The translations under genes and the position numbers were made by a program. Shown here piece after piece: positions 60,316 to 64,000 of a stretch of 64,000 bases of DNA (position 1 is the stretch's first letter; each line of letters opens with the position of its first letter). Under the pieces are notes generated by a model. The model was not told where the DNA came from, did not search any database, and saw only the letters and a list, made by a program, of their open reading frames with translations. The DNA is taken from positions 496,001 through 560,000 of the forward strand of contig NW_027590189.1 in the NCBI RefSeq assembly GCF_964213995.1, read 5' to 3'. The DNA comes from Mustelus asterias (lineage: Eukaryota).

Positions 60316-61152
60316 AAAGAGACATAGGATGCAAAGCTGGGCTGAAAAATGGCAAATGGAGTTTAACCCTGATAAGTGTGAGGTGATTCATTTTGGTAGG
60401 ACTAATTTAAATGTGGATTACAGGGTCAAAGGTAGGGTTCTGAAGACTGTGGAGGAACAGAGAGATCTTGGGGTCCATATCCACAGATCTCTAAAGGTTG
60501 CCACTCAAGTGGATAGAGCTGTGAAGAAGGCTTACAGTGTGTTAGCTTTTATTAACAGGGGGTTGGAGTTTAAGAGCCGTGGGGTTATGCTGCAACTGAA
60601 CAGGACCTTGGTGAGACCACATTTGGAATATTGTGTGCAGTTCTGGTCACCTCACTATAAGAAGGACGTGGAAGTGCTGGAAAGAGTGCAGAGGAGATTT
60701 ACCAGGATGCTGCCTGGTTTGGAGGGTAGATCTTATGAGGAAAGGTTGAGGGAGCTAGGGCTGTTCTCTCTGGAGCGGAGGAGGCTGAGGGGAGACTTAA
60801 GAGAGGTTTATAAAATGATGAAGGGGATAGATAGAGTGAACGTTCAAAGACTCTTTCCTCGGGTGGATGGAGCTATTACAAGGGGGCATAACTATAGGGT
60901 TCATGGTGGGAGATATAGGAAGGATATCAGAGGTAGGTTCTTTACGCAGAGAGTGGTTGGGGTGTGGAATGGACTGCCTGCAGTGATAGTGGAGTCAAGA
61001 CACTTTAGGAACATTTAAGCGGTTGTTGGATAGGCACATGGAGCACACCAGGATGATAGGGAGTGGGGTAGCTTGATCTTGGTTTCAGATAAAGCTCGGC
61101 ACAACATCGTGGGCCGAAGGGCCTGTTCTGTGCTGTACTGTTCTATGTTCTA
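60316..61152 (+). mobile_element. Young CR1 3' fragment, near-identical to 28275-29120
   Basis: ORF 60299-61018 nearly matches the C-terminus of ORF 27542-29038; same 3' UTR. Confidence 0.95.
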
Positions 61153-61477
61153 AATAAACCTGTTGAACTTTGACGAGGTGTTGTCAGACTTCTTACTGTC
61201 CATGACAGGAAGCAGTGAGCATAGATCTGTCAATCAGCTTCAATCAGCACCTTCAAGACAATTTGGAGGGTGAATATTAGATACAGCAGAGTGAGAATGG
61301 AGGGAGAGTGTGTGGGATGAAGATTCACAGCTTTTGGAGAATGACAGAGGAAAGAATGTTCCATAGGAGCTAGAATTCTCTGTTCTGAATTTCTGTCCTT
61401 TGTTTTTACAAAAGTGTTTCACAGGATATCAGAAGAGGAGGAATCTCAGAGAGAACTTTTGGCCCCTCCTCTGTCTC

Positions 61478-64000
61478 AGGCGAGACAGAGGAGGGGCCAA
61501 AAGAGGTGTGGGAGTAGCAGTATTAGTTGGAGAGCATATTACAGCGGTGCAGAGGGAGGACAATTCAGAGGGGTCGTGTAACGAGTCACTCTGGGTGGAG
61601 CTTAGAAACAGGAAGGGCGCAGTCACTATGTTGGAGGTATACTACAGGCCCCCCAACAGCCCAAGGGAAGTGGAAGTTCGGATATGTCAGGAGATACTGG
61701 ATAGCTGCAGGAAAAATAGGGTTGTTGTAGTGGGAGACTTCAATTTCCCTGGTATAGACTGGAAATCGCTGAGGGCTGGGATTCTGAATGGGGAGGAATT
61801 TGTAAAATGCGTACAGGAGGGTTCTTTGGAACAATATGTAGATAGCCCGACTAGAGAGGGGGCTATCCTGGACCTCGTACTGGGGAATGAGCCCGGTCAG
61901 GTCTTCAAAGTTTTGGTTGGGGAACATGTGGCAAATAGTGACCACAATTCTGTTAGCTTTAAGATAGTGATGGAAAAGGATGAGTGGTGTCCCAAGGGTA
62001 AGGTGTTGGATTGGGGGAAGGCTAACTTTATTGGGATCAGGCAGAAATTGGCAGCTCTTGATTGGGAGAGGCTGTTTGAGGGTAAATCCACATCTGGTAT
62101 GTGGCAGTCTTTTAAGGAACGGTTGTTAGGGCTACAGGACAAGCATGTGCCTGTAAAAAAGAAGGATAGGAAGGGTAGGATTAGGGAACCGTGGATAACC
62201 AGGGAAATTGAGGGACTGGTCAAAAGGAAAAGAGAGGCGTATGTTAGGTCCAATCAGCTAAAAACGGAGGGAGCTCTGGAGGAGTACAATGAAAGTAGGA
62301 AAATACTCAAACGGGGAATTAGAAGAGCAAAAAGGGGTCACGAAATGTTCTTGGCAGACAGGATTAAGGAGAATCCCAAGGCATTTTATTCATACGTTAG
62401 GAACAAAAGGGTTGTTAGAGAAAAAATCGGACCTCTCAGGGACAAAAGTGGGGACTTATGCTTGGAGCCCAAAGAGGTAGGGGAGATCCTAAATGAATAC
62501 TTTGCGTCGGGATTCACAAAGGAGAGGGATGTGTTGACTGGGAGTGTCTCGGAGGGGAGTGTTGAACCGTTGGAGAAAATCTCCATTACAAAGGAGGAAG
62601 TGTTAGGTTTGTTAGAGAATATAAAGACTGACAAATCCCCAGGGCCTGATGGAATCTATCCAAGGCTGCTCAGGGAGACGAGAGGTGAAATCGTTGGGCC
62701 TCTGACGCAAATCTTTGTCTCGTCACTGGACACAGGTGAGGTCCCAGAGGATTGGAGGATAGCCAATGTGGTCCCGTTATTTAAGAAGGGTAGGAAGGAT
62801 AACCCGGGTAATTATAGGCCGGTGAGCTTGACGTCCGTGGTGGGGAAGTTGTTGGAGAAGATTCTTAAAGATAGGATGTATGCGCATTTAGAAAGGAATA
62901 AACTCATTAACGATAGTCAACATGGTTTTGTGAGAGGGAGGTCATGCCTCACTAACCTGGTGGTGTTTTTTGAAGAAGTGACCAAAATGGTTGACGAAGG
63001 GCCGTGGATGTTGTCTATATGGACTTTAGTAAAGCGTTTGACAAAGTCCCTCATGGTAGGCTAGTGAAAAAGGTTGGATCCCATGGGATAAAGGGGGAGG
63101 TGGCTAGATGGGTGGAGAACTGGCTTGGTCATAGAAGACAGAGGGTGGTAGTGGAAGGGTCTTTTTCCGGCTGGAGGCCTGTGACTAGTGGTGTACCGCA
63201 GGGCTCTGTATTGGGACCTCTGCTGTTTGTGATTTATATAAATGATCTGGAAGAAGGAGTAACTGGGGTGATCAGTAAGTTTGCGGACGACACAAAACTG
63301 GCAGGACTTGCAGATAGTGAGGAACATTGTCAGAGGCTACAGAAGGATAGAGATAGGCTGGAAATTTGGGCAAGGAAATGGCAGATGGAGTTCAATCCTG
63401 ATAAATGCGAAGTGATGCATTTTGGTGGGAATAATGTAAGGAGGAGCTACACGATAAATGGAAGAACCATAAAGGGTGTAGAGACGCAGAGGGACCTGGG
63501 TGTGCAAGTCCACAGATCTTTGAAGGTGACGTCACAGGTGGAGAAGGTGGTGAAGAAGGCATATGGCATGCTTGCCTTTATAGGAAGGGGCATAGAGTAT
63601 AAAAGTTGGGGTCTGATGTTGCAGATGTATAGAACGTTGGTTCGGCCGCATTTGGAATACTGCGTCCAGTTCTGGTCGCCACACTACCAGAAGGACGTGG
63701 AGGCTTTGGAGAGAGTACAGAGGAGGTTTACCAGGATGTTGCCGGGTATGGAGGGGCTTGGTTATGAGGAGAGATTGGGGAAACTGGGGTTGTTCTCCTT
63801 GGAAAGACGGAGGATGAGGGGAGACTTAATAGAGGTGTATAAAATTATGAAAGGCATAGATAGGGTGAACGGTGGGAAGCTTTTCCCCGGGTCGGTGGTG
63901 ACGTTCACGAGGGGTCATAGGTTCAAGGTGAAGGGGGGGAGGTTTAACACAGATATCAGAAGGACATATTTCACACAGAGGGTCGTGGGGGCCTGGAATG
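61478..64000 (+). mobile_element. CR1 LINE ORF2 (AP endonuclease + RT), running off the window; one frameshift near 63000
   Basis: ORF 61400-63064: GGVAV-like, YRPP, GDFNFP, ILDLVL, SDH endonuclease motifs then RT; continues in another frame to the window end. Confidence 0.96.

Overview
Eukaryotic genomic DNA, almost certainly from an elasmobranch (shark): it carries HE1-type V-SINEs, HER1/CR1 LINEs with shared tails, Rex/Babar, Tx1 and Penelope retroelements. The left ~19 kb holds four T-cell receptor alpha/delta-type V gene segments with leader, V exon and 23-bp RSS. One looks intact and three are pseudogenes; no D, J or C segment is visible. These V segments are interleaved with a tRNA cluster (Arg, Val, Pro) that extends to ~29 kb and is mostly decayed. 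The right ~34 kb is a cluster of four effector-less C2H2 zinc-finger genes with CpG-rich NRF1/YY1/CCAAT/GC-box promoters, two of them forming an inverted duplication. Most notable: (1) Penelope-type minimal hammerhead ribozymes, including short palindromic mobile copies and a subfamily with a compensatory U3-A8 catalytic core; (2) an apparently functional tRNA-Pro(AGG) with an 18-nt intron at the canonical 37/38 site and a correct anticodon-intron helix; (3) a 441-bp module with a compact folded core inserted between 23-bp direct repeats in a CR1 3' UTR. All calls were made by eye, without database searches; repeat boundaries are approximate.
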